Shown one piece after another: positions 38,591-51,172 of a stretch of 64,000 bases of DNA. The first letter of the stretch is position 1, and every line of letters begins with the position of its first letter. Made by a program: the position numbers and the translations under genes. This DNA comes from Vicugna vicugna. Lineage: Eukaryota. The DNA lies in contig MU058636.1 in NCBI GenBank assembly GCA_013265495.1, positions 6,173,741 to 6,237,740 of the forward strand. Direction: 5' to 3'. The notes below the pieces were generated by a model, which searched no databases, had not been told where the DNA came from, and worked only from the letters and a program-made list of their open reading frames with translations.

Positions 38591-41500
38591 TGTCAACATT
38601 ACTATTCACAAAGCTATCTTCATCAACTAAAAAGCTTACTAAAAGGGAGCCTCGTTTTTTCACTACCTCACTGTCCTGTCATTTAACGGACCCCAGTGGT
38701 GCAGGATGCATTATGCAGAAAGTGCTGGTTGGCTTCTCTCCCTTCTGTGCAAGCAATCAATTATTTTGTGAATGGAAAGGAAGTGGAGCAGAGGTAAATG
38801 AAATGTACAAAGTTCTTCTGCATCTGATTTCTTTTTTTTTTTTTTCATGAGGATTATGGTTTTTTCACAGATGGATTACATTCTTTCCGTCATTAGTTAA
38901 GCCCATTTTAGTGAAAATTCTATTCAGGAAAATACCTGAGGAAGGCAGATCAATTTGTCTACGCAAGCAGCTTTAATTCACACAAAATCAGAGTCTCTAT
39001 TGGAAAGGAACTAGAGGTGGAAGAAAAGGACCGGGACTTGCCCACCTCTCTCTGCATCTGCCCCCCCACCTGCCCCTCCCCCACCCAGTTGATAAACAGT
39101 CACCCTCTGGACACATCCATATGCCAGGGAAGGAGCAGCAACATAGAAAATAATTGCCACACACGACACATAATTTTCACTTGCCCTCAGGACACAAAAT
39201 GCAGCCGGGCACCTTCTGTGAGTTGGCCGAGGGGAAGCAATTATTCAGATCCACACTCTCTATCAACATCCCTCAAGCAGAAAGCAAAATGAATAAGCAG
39301 TGAATGGGCATCACTTCCAGACAATGTGCTTCTGAAAATAAAAGCTGAAAAGGACAAACATCTGTCTTGAATGTGGTCCTGGATTTGCCGGGCAGTGTGT
39401 AGACCAATGTGGATGTAGCTGGCCATTCTAACCAAGAGCCTGGAAGGAAGGATACACCGTGGGAGGCGGGAGGCGGGGCGGGGATGGGGGGAATGCTGCT
39501 GCAACGTTCTTCATGCCGGTGGCTCCTCAGAACGCCTGGCAGCCAAGTGCGGCATCTCAGCTGCTCCTCTGGATAAAGGTCAGTTCGCAGGGGCGGCCAG
39601 GTGAAGTTTTCAGGCTGATTCTGATTCATCTAAAATCTCAGGTCTTCATATGGTTCACACTGGCTGATCTTCATCTGCCCTGCGAGAAAGAAGCTGATTT
39701 ATCATTTTTTAATTGACAAGAAAACTCTGAATCCAGTCGAAGCCGAATGTAAGAAGGGCTGGGAGTCCTTGCAATTGCTACTAGGGGACAGGTCTGCTCC
39801 GCACAAGGGGACCTGGCTCTCAAGGAGGCACAGAGGAGGAGGGACTATGAGGGGACGTTTGTCGCTTTTTGTGATTGTGCCTTATCCCCACATCACCTGT
39901 ACATCATGTACAGTGACATTCTCTCTGGTAATTACACATTTTCTTCCTGCAGCAGAGGAAATGTTTTATGGAAGGCACAGGATTGTGAGCCCACAAGGCG
40001 GTGCTTTTCAGGAAGCTTAAACCAGGACCCCCAGAGTCCAAATTCATTTCCTAAAGGTCATGTGTTTTTCTTCTTCAGAGGATAATGCATATCCTTAATA
40101 TAAGATCATATGAGTCAAATCTTAAAAGCTCCAGAGCACAAGTCCTGAGCATTAAAAACTGAGGTGTCAAAGTAGCCATCAGAAAAAATAATAATAATAA
40201 TTATAGGTTGCCATCCATCCACCACGCTCTGCACATCTCACTTCTCGGCAACAGGACCCTAAGGGGGCTGAGATTTGCATATTTAATGTATCTGATCTGA
40301 ATAGGCACATGAGGACAGACTCCGAGATGCAGGGTCAGGTCACTGAGACAAGGAGGAGCACAAACAAAGTGCATTAAGAAATCATTGTTCCTCTATTTTT
40401 TTTCAATTAGAAAAAAAGTTATTCATATTAAAGTGTTAACCTGTGTCGAGCTGTTTCTCAGGACGCTATCTATGCCAGTCCTAATTATCACCGTACCAAT
40501 CCTGTGTGACCACATCTCCAGACACCTGCCTATACAATGTTCGATTGAGAGGAATGCATCACGTATGCATCAGTGTCCTGAACGGAAGGTTTATTTAAGG
40601 CTGCAAATAGTTTTATGCTCATTCGATCACTTTTAAGAAAGATAAGAAACAGACCAAATAGGCCTCCTTCCCCCACACCTCCTGCCGTGGTCCCTCCCAA
40701 AGATCTGTGAACACAGCTCTCCTTTTGAGTTCCAAAATTTTATCCCTGGATCCTCCTTTTTCGGCAAGATGGAATCTGTCACAGCAAATGGCACCAGGAA
40801 TCAAACAACAGTGACATCTCTCTGGCCAGTGAGGGTCGCTCGTCAGGCTGCGTGGAAGCGAGTCACACATTCAGAATCTCCTGGAGAATTTAATGTTGCG
40901 ATTTTCTCAAAGATCTTTTAGTCCACAGGGCCAGTGTCAGGGTAAACAGAGGCAAAGGATGCGTCCTGTATGTGAATATTTATACCCTCCTGGGCTCTGC
41001 TTATTGTAAACTAGGGCCCAATGAGTGTCCCCTACTAACCCACTGTGGGGAATAGGGAGGCGGGACCTTACTTCCCTGCCCTGATACAGGTCCACCAGCT
41101 CTGTCTCCCAGGGGTGCAGGGCGACAGGGATTTGCCATGTTGTTTTATAAGCAAAGTCACATGTCTTTGCTCTGTCCTCTGTAGTAACCCCAAAGATCCT
41201 GTCAAATGCACTTGGTAGAAGAGCAAACCAGAGCTGGACATGCTCAGTTCCAGAACCAGAGAGACTCTGACAGATTCCTCCAGTCCATCTGTCTGCTTTT
41301 AGGATGTCACCTGCCTTGCTTTCTTAAAACAGGAAGAGCTGTTGCAATATATGGCTGGTGGCTTTTAATCCACATACTCACTGTCTCCACTGGGAAGAAC
41401 TCACACAGTCCTGCTCTGAGACACTGAAGGTGACCAATATTAACGCTGGTTTCAACTGGATGATTCCTGTGAATCCTTTCCTTTCTGGGATGGATTTGTA

Positions 41501-41839
41501 CCATGCCACCAAGATGCTGAGTAAATGGTTTCAGAGGACAACGTGCGTCCTGAAATCAGTTCCTGGACATTTGTTTTGGGTGTTGTAAGAGAAACTAAAG
41601 AGAACTGTGTACTGAACTGAGTGGCTCTGACCTTCTCCACCTTGAATTGAGGGAATTTCTTGGCTTAAATCATCTGACATCAGCAAACTGGGGAGTTAAT
41701 GAAACTGGTTGAGATCCTGGCTCTAAATGACTGAACTAAAGTGTCACTTTCCAAAGTGAATGTTTCAAATCCATATGGCTTTTGTGGCTGTTCATGTCTC
41801 TGCTGAACGTTAGCGTTAAAACAGGGTCACATTTGCAGA

Positions 41840-41853
41840 CCAACAGGGGGCAG
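41840..41853 (+). promoter_or_regulatory. CTCF-like motif
   Basis: CCAACAGGGGGCAG matches the CTCF core CCASYAGRKGGCRS at 13 of 14 positions. Confidence 0.45.
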
Positions 41854-43537
41854 ATGGGAGCCCGCTGCCAAGGGGGAGACTCAACCTGTTTGCCAGTTGG
41901 AGCGGCCAGAGGAGGCAAACGGCCCTAATGGAGATTGTTTCTATTCCAGGCAAGCTGACAGACCACGCCAGCGAGGGGCCACCACGCTTCACTTCATTTG
42001 CACAGATCAGCGGGGTAAACCTGAAAGTCTGTCAGGACAGGGACCGGACTCTCACAGAAAGCCTGAAGGGATCAGGAACACGCAGCCTCCGTCCTCCCTG
42101 GGTCCCTACTGCTCCGGCTAAGAAGAGGGGAGACAGGGTGGCGGGGAGGGGCTAATCCAGAAGCTGTGTCTGAAATGATGCCGTGGGCATTGCCCGGAAG
42201 CATTATGGAGGCTCTCAAATAGCAACGTCTAGGCTCGTGGGGGTAAGATCAGGGAGGCCTTGATGCACGGACCCTGCTGTCTGGCTTGGAGCCCTTCTGT
42301 AAGGAGGACCCTTCTGTAAGGAGGCCCCTGAACGCTGCAGAACGCGCCAGCAAGCCGCGGCCCCCTTGTGCTAAGTCCCTATTTTCCTACTCTCGATTGG
42401 ACAGCCATGCAAAACCTAGAAGTCACTACCAAACCATAGCAAAAAGTCCAAGAGCATTCAAGATTCTCCTTCCTCTTTCCTCTCCAGCCCTAATCTCAGC
42501 CTAGAGATGAGTTTTCTGTTCCTCGAAGGAGTGCAAAGCACCAGCCGGGAAGCGTCTACCTGCTATGCCTTGCACGCTGCACTCCTGCACCGGCCAAACC
42601 TTTGAGTGTCTGTAGCTTATGAGGTGGATCTGGGGTCCAGGACCTTTAGTAAAGATCAGACCCAGGCTTAAAGGGGTGGGGGTGGGGGTGGTGTGTGACA
42701 AGGCACAAAGCAGTTCTGGAAAATTCGGGTATGTAAAGAACCCCTGAGAAACCAGGGCAGAACAACTTCACCCCTGTGTTCACATGTGCGCACTGGGGCC
42801 TCAGAGCTCCCTGTGCCCCCCTGGGCGAGCCGGCCAGAGAGCAGCGCGTGGCCAGGTCCGAGGGATGCGAGGAAGTGGTCCGGGGCGCACGTGTGCCCTA
42901 GAGCAGCATGGATGCCGGGCAGTGGGGCACCTTGTGGGTGGTTTGAACCAGCAGAAGAGGCTGTGCCCTGGGAGGCCGAGGAAAGCTCCTCCTTGAATTG
43001 GGTCAGGAAACGTGGAACACAGATGAGCTGCTCTCTACAAAGTCAAGGGTGGCTTTATTGCACTTACAGATTACCAGTGCGATTCATCTGTCTCAGCAAT
43101 TGGACATCTGTGACCACAAAATGGGGGGCATCTGGCCAAGTGTGGGGATGTTCTGATGACGTTTGGAGTTTGTGTGCCACATTTTCCACGCTCGGCTGAA
43201 TTACTGGTGGAAAGTGAGATGCTGCTTAATGAAAAACCTCCCAGAAAGCAGCCCAGGGTGCATGTTCCTGGGATCGCCAGTGACTAAGCAGTTTACCCTT
43301 GCCTGTTATCGCGGCCGGAAAGATGAAGAGATGGCCACACTAAGTTGTATTAGCACCTTGTTTTTGAATCGCTTTTTTATTTTTAACCCTTCCAGAGCCT
43401 CTTTTTCTATCTTCTCAGCTTGCTTTTACAACGTCCTGGTGAGAGGGGAGGGCTGGTGTTATGTACCTTCCAATGGAGGAAAATCACACCTAAACAGGTT
43501 AACAGACTTGCTTTCAGATTCCATAACTAGCTCATCT

Positions 43538-43835
43538 GTGTGTCAGAGGATGCCAGCAGGAAATGGGAGAATTTTAAATAAAAGGAATTATTACAAAGGC
43601 TGGGACAAGGGGTAGGGAGACCACTGGGGACAGCACAGGAGGCCGGGGCTGGGAAAGGCAGTTAGTTGCTCTTACCACCCCACGGCCTGAAGGGGCAAGA
43701 AGAGGCAGCCGATGCCTAAGAGGGCCCTGACAGGGGGGGTGAACTCAGTCAAGGGCTGCGGCCGCCCCGAGCTGGAAGAGCCCAGGGGACGAAGTGCCCA
43801 ACCCAGCTCTCTCCCACATCCCCTCCGGCCTGGGT
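43538..43835. mobile_element. ERVL LTR fragment (LTR33-like)
   Basis: 'tgtgtcagagg...ccagcaggaaa...aataaaaggaattattacaaagg...tagggagaccac...ttaccacccc...ggcctgaaggggcaag' resembles LTR33 as recalled. Confidence 0.6.
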
Positions 43836-44058
43836 ATCACCAGGTTACAACCGCCCTTGCTGGTGACTGACTCCATTCCCTGGAGTAAACCTGCCCAAGG
43901 TGGGCTTCTGCCTTCAACTCAGGACAGTCCAGAAGCATCCCTGAGTCCTGTAACACGAGCTATCCCCTGGGTACGTTCCGGTGCGAGATGCATCAGTTAA
44001 CACGCCGCCGCCCTTTCTTACTGCTCTCTGAAGCGCATTTTATGTCTGGCCTCATCCC

Positions 44059-44061
<3 letters not shown>

Positions 44062-44111
<50 letters not shown>
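44062..44111. repeat. (CA)n microsatellite
   Basis: Direct AC run of about 50 bp. Confidence 0.96.
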
Positions 44112-44114
<3 letters not shown>

Positions 44115-44659
44115 TCGTGTAGGAAGATGAGAATGAAGCACAGAGTGTGTTTCTGGCTCAGATGCCACAAAGTTGATTTTAGTTGTTAAACTCCTTGACA
44201 GACTTTCAGGAAAATGCCACCCTAAACAGCAGCGCCCCCGTTAACATCTCTGTGCTGTTTGCTCAGCGACACCCGATGCCAGTCTCTAAGTCCAGATCCC
44301 CAGACTTCCTCAGAAATTCGTCGCCGTGATGAGGCTCACGGTGACATAAAAGCAGCTGCTACTGAAAGGAAGCACTGCCTGTTTGGTGGTGACGGCAGCT
44401 GAGGAACAGGGAGTGAAAGCATGATGGAGTTGCGTGTGCACGGATAGCTAAGAGGGTGGGAGGGAGGAGGATCTGTGCTAGCCGGAAGGTGAAAGAATTA
44501 ACGAGGGGGAGGGACCTACCCAACTCACCTCCCACTATTTTTGGTGACAATAAGCCTGAGGTCCTTCTAAATCCTGAGGCCAAGCGGTCTCTGCCTGAAA
44601 CCACTGCATTTGGAGAGGAAATATATTACAGACTATATTCTGGGTTGAGAGGTAGATGA

Positions 44660-44850
44660 CAGCGGGGTGAGGCCACATTAAGGACATAGGCCCTGGAGTC
44701 AGAGTCCTGGCCGTGAACCATGAGCAGCCCCGCTCGGTAGCTGTGGGACTTCTCGATGCCTCTGCGGGGCACCCCTGCTCCTCTGCCGTTGGCACAGGGA
44801 CGCAGCAGCGGTGACAACTGCCTTAGGGCACAGCAGGGATGACGCTCGCC
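44660..44850 (+). mobile_element. MIR SINE, GC-enriched copy
   Basis: 'ttaaggacataggccctggagtcagagtcctgg...tagctgtgggactt' is the MIR head; the remainder aligns loosely with many C/G substitutions. Confidence 0.65.
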
Positions 44851-46534
44851 TTGTAAGGCCTAAGTCATAGCCTCTATGAAAATCAGCCTTTTCCCTGAAA
44901 ATTGAAACAATGTCTAGGTACAAATTTCTCAAAAAAAAATTTGAAGTAGGAATTGAACTCAAATATCTATGGCAAGGTTGGTTAGAAAATAAAATAATGT
45001 CTGGAAGAAGTTTATCATTTATGATAGAAAGATTATGAATGATGCAACCCTGAGGGAGAGGAAAGAAAGAGCCTGTGTGCCCTGGAGTCCCGAGAAGACA
45101 GAACACAGGGCAGAAGAGGAGGAGATGAGGGAAGGAAAGAGGCCGGGAACTTGAAAACAGCTCTTCTCGTTGGCGATCAGTAATTTCAGGAGCATTTTAG
45201 CCTGAGTGCATTATCCACTGATAGAAACAGGGCAGGGTCACCTTGGCCAGGTGGTTTGAGGAATTCTAAGACTATGCACCAGCTCAGCCCCACTCTGTCC
45301 CCAAAGATCTCTGAGCCCAGGGCTGCCTTCCAGGACCCCCGAGGTGACATGTCACAGCTCACGCGCCAACCACCCTCCCTGCCGCAGGCTGATCCTGCTG
45401 TTCCTGGTCCGTCAAGAGCGCCTTCCATTTGTCCGGGTGCTACATTGTAGGCAGCACTCCACTAGGCTGGTTGGCGGGGGCTGAAAACAGCCCTCCCTGC
45501 CCCCGTCTCCCCGAGCCCCCTGCCCTTCCTTGGGAAACATCAACGCAGGATTATCTGCATGAAGCCTCTCGGAGGACATGGCGAGCTGCCCTTCACACCA
45601 AAGCTTGGTTGCGAATTTGCTCGCCAGAGAGACCCAGCCCAGCATGTGTGGGAGGCCCAGTAGGGAAAGCCACAGGAAGGCGGTGAGAGGAGGAGGCAGG
45701 CTGGCCAAGACCCTGGGGACCCCTGCCCTCGAATCCAAGGGAAAAATGGTACGCTCCACCCACCTTGGGCAGACCCTGGCTGAGCACTGGAAACCCATCA
45801 GCCAATATCTGCTGAACCGACTTGGATCGAATTGAGCTGCATCATAATTCCAGGCGCCGCACCAGAAATTACTTCAGTTTCGTTATGTTTGCTTTGATTT
45901 GGTTTTAGGGGACAAGCTGTATGCGGCCTGAGAACATACTGGTTTCTTTGCTTTCCGCTCTGAAGCCCAGAGGTGTCACCCCAGATCTGCAAGGGTGACA
46001 TCACAGGACCGGGACCGGTGGGCTCTCTGGAGCTGGAGCAGGTTTCTGTAAAGCCAGCTTGGTGTCTGGGCACGGGCACCAGGACTTGGGAGTGTGATTA
46101 ATAATCAGCAGACAGTCTGCTTGTCAGGAGATTCTCCGCTCATCCTGGGATGAAGCTGAGGAGGGAGGTGTGAGAGCGCCGAGGGAACGGCCTGGGGCTC
46201 CTCCCCAGGACCTGGCGCTGCCCGCCTGCCATCTGCTCCCAGAGCCCTGAGCTGCGCCAGCCACAGGGCACTGGGACCCCGTGCTAGCTCGCTCACCACA
46301 GCAGCGCTGTCTAGGTTATTCCCATTACCCGCCCCCAACCACCAGCACTTATCCTGAGCTGCTTTTCTGCACTCAGCTGGGAAGGTGCTGAGCAGCGGAG
46401 TAAGCATGGGGGCTCACACCCTCCCTGGAGACTTCTGGGGCCAGGGAAGCCTGCAGAACGCCCCGTCTGAGAGTCGGGCAGCCCCAAGACTCCCCACCAG
46501 CACCTCAAGCCTTCTTTAGCCAAGTTTTCCAAAT

Positions 46535-46697
46535 CAGTGATGCTCAAATTCTCCTCGGTGGACCAACAGCCTCAGCATCACCTGACAGCTGGAAGGAAAG
46601 ACAGGAGCTCAGGCCCTACCCAGATCTGCCAAATCAGAGCACGCACTTTACAGGATCCCAAATGATTCATGCACATGTTACATTGGAGCAGAACCGG
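46535..46697. mobile_element. MER5-family MITE (hAT-Charlie)
   Basis: 'cagtgatgctcaaa...gaccaacagcctcagcatcacctg...ctcaggccctacccagatctgccaaatcaga...tgattcatgcacatgttacattgga'. Confidence 0.85.
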
Positions 46698-47669
46698 CTG
46701 TGGATGGTCTCCTGATATAAACAGGACAAGTCCTTGCACAGGATTTGAAGAGCACCAGGAGAACAAACCCACCCCGTCCTTTCTCCCAAATTAGCTTTCT
46801 CATTCGTGTTGGAATGTCACAGTTAAGACTCATCCTTTTAGACCCTCATCTTTTGCCTAAGTGGCGCCTTTTTTATTGAAACTCAAACATTGCCTGGGCA
46901 GGAGGGCACATGGGGCCTCTTACTTCTTAATCAAAAAATTAAGACATCTTTAATGAGCCTGTATTACATGCCCCACATAGGACCATAGCATCCTGCTGGG
47001 GGTAAGTGAGTTTAGTGTAAATGAATTGCTTTTCCCTGGAGACAAGAGAGCTGGGCCTTCAGAGAACAGCAGGCTTCTTTCTGGCAGGAAGAATCATCCA
47101 AGGGACAGAGAAGGGCTCCTCCTGCATGTGACCCTCCGCTCTGTCTTGATTTGACCCAACTTGCCTCTCGGAGCTCATCAAGGTGTTGATGCTTCCATTT
47201 CCATTCAAAATCATCCTTTGTCATTTCAAGTTAATGGAAAAACCCAATGGCATTTTAAAGACGAAATGTCCAGGTGCATATTTATTTTTAGAAGGAAATA
47301 GACCACAACACATCCATCCTGCAAAGAAGAAGCAAGCCACGGCTCTGAGTGAGCGGTACCCCGGGGCGGAAAGATTGAACTCGTCAATGAGTGGGCAGTG
47401 CCCCCCGCTTATCTATTCTCTCCCAAGAACTACGCAGCATCTGTCGTGTGTCCTGGAAGTGCAGAATTAATGCCAACACCAAATGCACCGGAGGGAAAAG
47501 TAAAGCCCCTGCTTAAGCTTTCCGTTTTGGGTACCTATGAACAATTAGCATCTATTTCAGTTTCTAAAACATGTAGGCTCCATGATGATTTGCTTGCATT
47601 TTCCTTTCATTTCACCAGTCACTGAACGAGATCATCTCTTAACGAGGTGGAATTGTCTTCGTGACCTAG

Positions 47670-48330
47670 CAGCAGCAATCACGGTTACTGCGGGCTCGCT
47701 CTGTGCCCGGTGCTGTCACGAGGGCTTCACAAGTTGGGAGTCGAGTCTCCAGGGGCTGCTCTCATTGCCGCGTGTCCTCCTGGCAGAGACGCTGACTGCT
47801 TTGTCCTGGATGATTTGTTTTTTAAGATGTTTGTCTAGAAAAACAGCTTCGGAAGCTAGAGTGTCTCCCTCCAGAGCAAGGAGCAGACTTACTGTCCAAT
47901 ATGATAAACATTATGTCCCTTTCTGGAGCAGAGGACAAACATGATGCTGCCCATCCTGAAAGATTCAGGGTCCCTAAGCGCAGAGTTCTGGGAGGTGCCC
48001 ACTCTATGTGTCCAGATGTCACCTGGCCCTCTTCGTGGGGCATAAGAGAATGAGCTACGCTGGCGACTGCTTTTGCTGTGGGTCAGAAAGTCCTTTATCT
48101 CTGACCCGGGAGACTCATGCCTTCTGCCGGCATCCATGAAACTGTGGCAGGCTAACTCAGACTGATTAGATTGCGGGCAGAGCAAATTCTCAGACTCTTC
48201 CCAGGTTTTGACAGAAGTAATATCTCATTTAATCCTCTGAACAACCTTGGGAAGGTACTGCTATTTCCACCATCTTACACTGGCTTAGTGTATTTTCTGC
48301 AAGGTCACATGAAACCACAGTTCTTATCAC
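47670..48330 (-). mobile_element. MIR SINE split by an LTR (pieces 47670-47734 and 48214-48330)
   Basis: 'gctctgtgcccggtgctgt...gcttcaca' continues after the LTR as 'tatctcatttaatcctctgaacaaccttgggaaggtactgctatt'. Confidence 0.75.
47735..48213 (+). mobile_element. ERVL-type solo LTR (MER54/MER73-like; subfamily uncertain)
   Basis: TG...CA termini; near-perfect 5-bp TSD caagt/gaagt; internal 'tgtctccctccagagcaa', 'tctctgacccgggagactcatg...catccatgaaactgtggcaggctaact'. Confidence 0.8.
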
Positions 48331-48977
48331 TGAATTATATTGACAAGTCCACAGAAGAACTTTTCTTTCCAGAAAGTGTTGTTTTTCTAGAGCTTCTTTT
48401 TAAAGACTGCAAATACTGTTGAGAAGGGTAGTAAGTTAATTTCTACCCCTAACACCTCAGTATGAATTAGAGGTGGCCTAAAAAGTCAGATGCTGAAAGG
48501 AAGTGGGGGGATACAGAAAAGAGAAATGGAAGACGTACTTTTGCTTCCCTATTTTTCACTCGGGCTGGCCCACTACACGCCCAGTTCTCTCCATCACAGA
48601 GTGGAGAGAGAGCATCAGAATTCCACAGACACTGTCCCTCTGTAGGCTTATGGGGGTGAGCGTGCGGCTGAGAAGGGAAACATCTACCTCTCTTGGGGGC
48701 TGCTCTGCTCTTGGCCATTCCACTGGCAATGATGACCTGTCACTCCACCTGTGACACCTGGAGGCCACCATTCCCTGAGGTCTTGGCATAAATGGGCATC
48801 CTCCAGGAAGACCTAAAACTGGCCACTACTATTTGTTGTCTGAAATAGACTGGACAGTTCAGTACAGGGACACTTCTGCACAGATGCAGGTAGGCAAGGC
48901 GTAATGGTAGGCTTAAATATATACCGTGTCTCTCATGTTCATAAACACAGGGCTGAAAGTGATGGGGAATGAGGCCC

Positions 48978-49495
48978 ATACATTCATTTATTCATTCGAT
49001 GAACATTTACCAGGTACCTTAGTATAGAGGTCAACAGGGGATCCAGAGATGAATGAGATAAAGGCATTTGTCCCACCTAAACACTAACAATTGAATCCAA
49101 AACTAAGACAAGTACTCAAACAATAAAGCATTGCAGACTAGGGAATACATAGCATAAAAGTTGACAAGTCAGGCCTGTCAGAACTCAGACCAGGGAGTGA
49201 TTGCACCAGGCAAGGGCGCGAGATCTGGCTCTGTCTCAGAGGATGGATAGGGTTTTCATAGACAAGGAGGAGGAGTCAGAGACTTCTATGTCAAGAAGAC
49301 ATTTTGGCAAGTGAAGGGGACCTGTTCAGGCCGGGGGGAAGTGAGTAGCCCAAATTGGCTGGAGAATAAAGTACAGAAAGACAATTAGGGAGAGGTGAGG
49401 CTGGACAGAAGGTTGGGGTCTGACAAAGAACTGTGAATGCCAGATGGAGGATTCTAGGCTTTGTTCCGGTGGGAACCGGGAACCCCTGAATGTAG
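48978..49495 (-). mobile_element. L2 LINE 3' region
   Basis: 'cattcattttattcattcgatgaacattta...ggggatccagagatgaatgaga...ttggctggag...gaatgccag...gaacccctgaa'. Confidence 0.75.
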
Positions 49496-51022
49496 GCTGG
49501 CCATCAGACGTTACAGGAAGTTAACACACATAAGCAGCGAGGATTCTCCTCTGTAAAACCAAGCATTAGGGAGAGGCACCAGGTCAGACATCAACAAAAC
49601 AAAGAATTATTATTTGCTAAACAGAAGGAGAAGAGTTTCTCTCCTGAGCTGAGAGGGAGGGTGACTTCAGTTTTGGGGAATCTTTCACGGGGAGTGTGCC
49701 TATTGTCTTACTGCTCAGTTTCAAATGACATTCACCATAATCTGTTATATTCTTATGTGGTTTGTTGGCTCCTTCACAGACAAATTAATAGCTCTTCAAT
49801 TAACTACCACGTAACATAGTGCGGGCATAAAGTAGGTCCTCGATAAATATTTTAGTAAGTTACATCAGATGAAGCATAAAAATAAATTGTATCTCCAGTA
49901 AGTTAAGACCAGACGCATCTAATGTCTGCAACAGGTGTAAAACAATAGCAAAAAAGTCACTCAGTTTCTGGTTGAATGTCTTTATCCAGAGCTAATTATT
50001 TTAATAGTCTGGTGATAAAAGCAAATACAGTTTTCCAGCAAATATGTGTGGCTTTTAAAATGACTACATTTAATACCAGAAATCTAAGCTTACTTAACGC
50101 TTCCATGTGCCTGAACATCAATGCCAGACATATGACCTAGCTAAGCAAACAATAATTAACCTAGTCGCACAAATCGTAGTAAGTGGAACTAAATTTAAGC
50201 AATCTGATCATTTTTTCTCCCTGCTGTTATACATTTTAGTTTGTATTTTTTCTTTATCAGGAGCACATATCTATATGTGTGTACACAGACCTCCAGAAAT
50301 AGATGTGCAATATGGTTGTAAAGAATCCAAGGAAGCTGTTAAGTCATAAACAAGCCTGTGCATCTATAGAATTCCTTCTATCGATTAATTCAGAAGCACC
50401 AAGGGTTGCACGCCTTTGAATGCTGAAACTTGTGTCAATGAAATAGCGAAATTGGCAAATCTTTGCAGACGGGTAAAACATGTGACTCCTAAAGTACTGT
50501 CTGTTGAAATTTTAAATAGTTTAATGAACCTAAGAGATGGCAAAGTTTCACTGTCACGAACACTGAAGTTATTCTACGTGCTGTGGGGACTTAATGAGGC
50601 TTAACTGATTGCCCCAAACTGTTAAAGCCGGTGTTTTCACTACTGTTTCCAGTGCCTGCCGACCTTGTCACCTGCAGCAGGTAGAGTCCTAAGGGTCTAT
50701 CACCCAACAGGCTGCCCCCCAACAAGCCTCACAGCAAGGCTGGTAAAGACCGGGAAAGGACAGATGCCTTTCAGTAGCTTGTGGTGCAGTTTGTAAGGTG
50801 GGGAAATCTCTGAGTAGGCTATGCTTTTCTTTGTGGGTGATCAGTCCCTACAGGGACAGAGAGGAAGAGGATAGGGCAGGCCCCCAGATAACAATTGCCA
50901 AAAATCCTCCTTGCACCAGCAGGGTGAGAGTCAGGCCAATCAGTAGACGGGCTTTTGAGCCAGAAAAAATTGGATGGAATCTTGCTTATTAATGGTGTGT
51001 CTGTGAATAAGGAATGCCAGCT

Positions 51023-51172
51023 NNNNNNNNNNNNNNNNNNNNNNNNNNNNNNNNNNNNNNNNNNNNNNNNNNNNNNNNNNNNNNNNNNNNNNNNNNNNNN
51101 NNNNNNNNNNNNNNNNNNNNNNNNNNNNNNNNNNNNNNNNNNNNNNNNNNNNNNNNNNNNNNNNNNNNNNNN
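51023..51172. other. Assembly gap (150 N)
   Basis: Run of N. Confidence 1.
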
